Shown in pieces: positions 60,829 through 64,000 of a DNA stretch of 64,000 bases. How positions within the stretch are numbered: the stretch's first letter is position 1; every line of letters starts with the position of its first letter. A program made the position numbers and the translations under genes. Under the pieces are notes generated by a model. That model did not search any database, was not told where the DNA came from, and worked only from the letters and a program-made list of their open reading frames with translations. The DNA comes from a bacterium (GTDB lineage Bacteria; Zhuqueibacterota; QNDG01; DSAB01), in the NCBI GenBank assembly GCA_011388275.1, contig DSAB01000070.1, positions 29-64,028 of the forward strand, written 5' to 3'.

Positions 60829-62065
60829 AGAGAAACTGCATCAACTGATCCCCGAAGAATCGGCCGGGACCGGGCGCAAGGTGCTGCCGGGTCTATGCGA
60901 CAGGATCATACCGGAGATATTCAGGCAGGACACACATGGTGAAGCTTTTTACAATGAAGTGATCGTTACGCCGGATCATCGGCACGGAGCCTGGAGAGTG
61001 GAGCCGAATGCCGGGCCGATTCATGAGTTTCTTTTCGATTACAATGCCGATGGCGCGACTCTGTCCATTTTTGATCTGATCTTTCTCGATACGGAAACCA
61101 CAGGCCTGGCCGGCGGTACGGGAACAGTCCCTTTTCTCGTCGGGCTGGGGTGGTTCGAGCACGACCGGTTTGTACTGCGTCAATACTTTCTGCGCGATTT
61201 TTCCGACGAACCGGCACTGCTGCAAGCCGTTACCCATCACCTGAAGATGGCCGGGGCCATTGTAACGTATAACGGCAAGACGTTCGACTGTCCGCTTATG
61301 AGCTCGCGCTACATCCTTTCCCGATTGGAAGACCCAATTCGTTCTCTGCCCCATATCGATCTTCTGCATCCTGTAAGGCGTATCTGGCGCCGAAGACTTC
61401 AGGACTGTTCTCTGACCCATGTGGAGCGAAGACTGCTTCAATTCGAGCGTTTGCACGACATTCCCGGATCCATGATACCCGGTGTATATTTTGAGTACCT
61501 TCGGTCTGGATGGAACCAAAATATGCGGTCCGTATTCACGCACAACCAATGGGACGTTCTCAGCCTGGCGGCTCTTCTTCGGCGGCTTCATGCAGTCTAT
61601 TGCGATCCATTGAATTTGACGCATCCCCTGGATCTGTACAGCGCGGGCAGACTGATGGAGCAGCGGGGACGATGTGATACAGCACGAATGTGTTATCAGC
61701 AGGCTTTTGACCGAATGGAAGAAGGAGAGGGATCGGAATCGGTGCTTCAGGATTTGGGTTTCCTGTGCAAGAGGCTGGGCCGATGGGAAGAGGCCCTGGA
61801 CGCATGGATTCGACTGATCGGGACCGGTCGGTTCAGGATATTTCCTTATGAAGAGCTGGCCAAGTATTATGAGCATCGAGCCGGCGATTATGTGAAAGCC
61901 AGGGAGTGGGTGGAGAAGGCTCTGAAGCGATGGGAAAGAATGGCTGAATTGGTTCCCGGCAGAGCCAGCCTCGAGGACCGGTCTGATCTGCTCTACCGTC
62001 TCGAGCGCATCAAGCGAAGATTGAAAGGCGCAAACTCCGGTTTGCCCGCTGCCGGCGGGTCATGA
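60818..62065 (+). CDS. YprB/MrfB-like RNase H-like (DEDD) exonuclease with C-terminal TPR repeats
   Basis: FLDTETTGLAGGTG, TYNGKTFD, HIDLLH..RR, DIPG..IP..YF, HN.WD, TPR-like ELAKYYEH. Confidence 0.88.
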   Translation: MGIKEKLHQLIPEESAGTGRKVLPGLCDRIIPEIFRQDTHGEAFYNEVIVTPDHRHGAWRVEPNAGPIHEFLFDYNADGATLSIFDLIFLDTETTGLAGGTGTVPFLVGLGWFEHDRFVLRQYFLRDFSDEPALLQAVTHHLKMAGAIVTYNGKTFDCPLMSSRYILSRLEDPIRSLPHIDLLHPVRRIWRRRLQDCSLTHVERRLLQFERLHDIPGSMIPGVYFEYLRSGWNQNMRSVFTHNQWDVLSLAALLRRLHAVYCDPLNLTHPLDLYSAGRLMEQRGRCDTARMCYQQAFDRMEEGEGSESVLQDLGFLCKRLGRWEEALDAWIRLIGTGRFRIFPYEELAKYYEHRAGDYVKAREWVEKALKRWERMAELVPGRASLEDRSDLLYRLERIKRRLKGANSGLPAAGGS

Positions 62066-64000
62066 AACCGCCGGTTCGTTTTTATGAACTTTGCGGCGTT
62101 TATGCGGTTTGGACTGCAGGCATGATTTAACGTTTCTCAGAAGATCCATGAGCGCATAGGGTTTTTGCAGGAAACGGTATCCGCGTTCCTGAATAACAGG
62201 CCACTGTGATTTTTCATCCATATATCCACTGCCAAGCAAAACCCGTATATTTGGATTGATGTTCAGCATGGCGTCAACCAGGTCGATTCCTGTACGATCG
62301 GGCAGTACCACATCACTGAGCACCATTTGGAAATGGTGTTTCTCCGATTCGAAAACATTCATCGCCTCTTCATAACTGCCCGCTGAAATCACGTCGTATT
62401 TGGCCCTGTCCAGAGCGGATACGATAAAGTTGCGTACATTGATATCGTCTTCTACCACGAGAACGCGTTCTCCATTCCCCTGAAGGGCTTTGATCGTGAT
62501 CGATGGGTCGTTGTGGGTCTTCTCGGCTTTCTTCATGATGGCAGGGAGGTAGACTTTGAATGTGGATCCATGATCCGGTTCACTGTAAACATTGATCCAG
62601 CCGCCGTGCTGCTTGACGATTCCATAGACCACGGAGAGTCCCAGTCCTGTTCCGCTGCCGGGTTCTTTGGTGCTGAAAAACGGTTCGAAAATATGCTGAA
62701 TGGTTTTCTTCTCCATGCCGATCCCGCTGTCTGTAACGGAAAGGCAGACAAAGGCGCCGGAAGAGGCCTTGCCCATGTGATGAACGGGAATGTCCTTGAA
62801 TTTGATATTGCCGGTCGAGATGGTGAGTCTGCCGCCCAGAGGCATGGCGTCACGGGCGTTGACAACGAGGTTCATCACAACCTGCTCCAGAGTGCCGCGG
62901 TCCGCTTTCACGGTCCACAGGTCGCTGCTGAGATTGGTTTTAACCATGATGTTCTCACCGATAAGCCGACGGATCATGGTCAATAGACCCTCGATGCTCT
63001 GATTGAGGTTCAGGAGAGAAAAGCCCATCAGATGTTTCCGGCTGAACAGAAGCAGCTGTTTGGTTAAATCGGCCGCGCGTCCTGCGGCGATCTTGATCTG
63101 TTTCAAATCCCGGTAATGAGGTGATTTGTCGTTGATATCCAGAAGCGTGAGATCGGCGTTGCCCTGTATGGCGGTTAATAGATTATTGAAATCATGAGCC
63201 ACACCGCCTGCCAGAATACCGATCGCCTCCATTTTTTGCGCCTGGAGAAGCTGAGCGTGAATCTTGTCTTTCTCTTCTTCGGCGAGGATTTGATGAGTCA
63301 CTTCCTGCCAGATGGTCACAATATGACGGATCCGGCTGTTTTGACAGAAAACCGGAAAAAGAGTCCCTTCCAGGATACGCGTTTCATCTGAGGCAAAACC
63401 GTGAAAATCCTCTTGATGATCGATTACGATCTTCGGGATATGGACCGTCTCGCCCTGGAACGCGCGCTGAATGATTTCCGCCAGACCAAGGCGCTCCCAA
63501 TTTTCGTTCTTTGTAACGTTGTATTGATCAACGATCTTTTCCGAGGAGACCTTGAAAAGTTTCTGGTAACAGCGATTGATCATCAGGGCGCGTCCCTCTG
63601 TATCGCAAACCATAACCGGATACGGCATTTGTATAATAATTTGCCTCAGACGGTTTTCATTCTCACGTATGGCACGGGCCGCATTTCGGCGTTTGTTGGT
63701 CAGGTCCTGGGCGTATATCCCAAACAGGAAAAGAAGCAGAACGGCAAGGGCTCGAATCCAGAACTCTGCGGGATCGGGCCTGAACACCGAGTGAAGCCAC
63801 CTGTCCAGCGACGGTGAAGTATTCTGAAGCAGTTCGTGACGGAAAGAGACCAATAACCAGTATCCGATGCCGAACAGGAGACTGACCATGATCAGGCGGT
63901 CATCACCCTCACCGGGTTCCCGAAGCGAAGAAGCATTTTTTTCAGGTTTGAACGACTGGGCGTATGAACCGAATAGAATGAGAACCCATACCAATAGAAT
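62060..64000 (-). CDS. Membrane-bound hybrid histidine kinase (2-TM modules, PAS, HisKA, HATPase_c, REC); 5' truncated by window edge
   Basis: Frame is open to the window end; AGGVAHDFNNLL, NARDAMP, GTGLGL, SDVVLPD, WP..KPY receiver. Paralog of the kinases at 3..4880. Confidence 0.93.
   Translation of the reverse strand: MLLVWVLILFGSYAQSFKPEKNASSLREPGEGDDRLIMVSLLFGIGYWLLVSFRHELLQNTSPSLDRWLHSVFRPDPAEFWIRALAVLLLFLFGIYAQDLTNKRRNAARAIRENENRLRQIIIQMPYPVMVCDTEGRALMINRCYQKLFKVSSEKIVDQYNVTKNENWERLGLAEIIQRAFQGETVHIPKIVIDHQEDFHGFASDETRILEGTLFPVFCQNSRIRHIVTIWQEVTHQILAEEEKDKIHAQLLQAQKMEAIGILAGGVAHDFNNLLTAIQGNADLTLLDINDKSPHYRDLKQIKIAAGRAADLTKQLLLFSRKHLMGFSLLNLNQSIEGLLTMIRRLIGENIMVKTNLSSDLWTVKADRGTLEQVVMNLVVNARDAMPLGGRLTISTGNIKFKDIPVHHMGKASSGAFVCLSVTDSGIGMEKKTIQHIFEPFFSTKEPGSGTGLGLSVVYGIVKQHGGWINVYSEPDHGSTFKVYLPAIMKKAEKTHNDPSITIKALQGNGERVLVVEDDINVRNFIVSALDRAKYDVISAGSYEEAMNVFESEKHHFQMVLSDVVLPDRTGIDLVDAMLNINPNIRVLLGSGYMDEKSQWPVIQERGYRFLQKPYALMDLLRNVKSCLQSKPHKRRKVHKNEPAVS

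Noticed and set aside
60893-61876. 327-aa minus-strand ORF
   Set aside because: Antisense shadow of the YprB-like gene.

Overview
A gene-dense, mostly housekeeping bacterial chromosome segment with about 57 likely CDSs and two tRNA-Ser genes. I see no CRISPR array, prophage, integrase or transposase. PorV-like barrels, an FlgD-Ig/T9SS-like C-terminal domain, a GWxTD-like protein, ExbB-ExbD-ExbD-TonB, spirochete/deltaproteobacterial-type EF-G and a ferredoxin-fused EtfA suggest a diderm, probably anaerobic, peptide-degrading organism of the FCB group (KSB1/Calditrichota-like). That taxonomy is inference only. Core genes recognised: xth, obgE, dprA, glnS, gltX, hisS, etfB/etfA, fusA, ligA, ispG, yggS, an hsp20 and a yprB-like gene. 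The best candidate for an undescribed system is the sensory block at 1-9.4 kb. It has two hybrid histidine kinases, one carrying a duplicated two-TM module that recurs in a third kinase at the far end of the window. It also has two MCP-like receptors flanking a free periplasmic Cache protein; both receptors share non-canonical substitutions at normally near-invariant trimer-contact residues, and no che genes are in the window. Other notable items: an HPPD-like protein with an N-terminal Zn ribbon; GlnRS fused to a Trbp111-like domain with its own internal RBS; a candidate structured RNA before the tRNA-Ser pair; a KaiC/RecA-like ATPase behind EF-G; and a sigma54-type hsp20 promoter with four phased palindromes. 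All calls come from reading motifs by eye; no database search was run.
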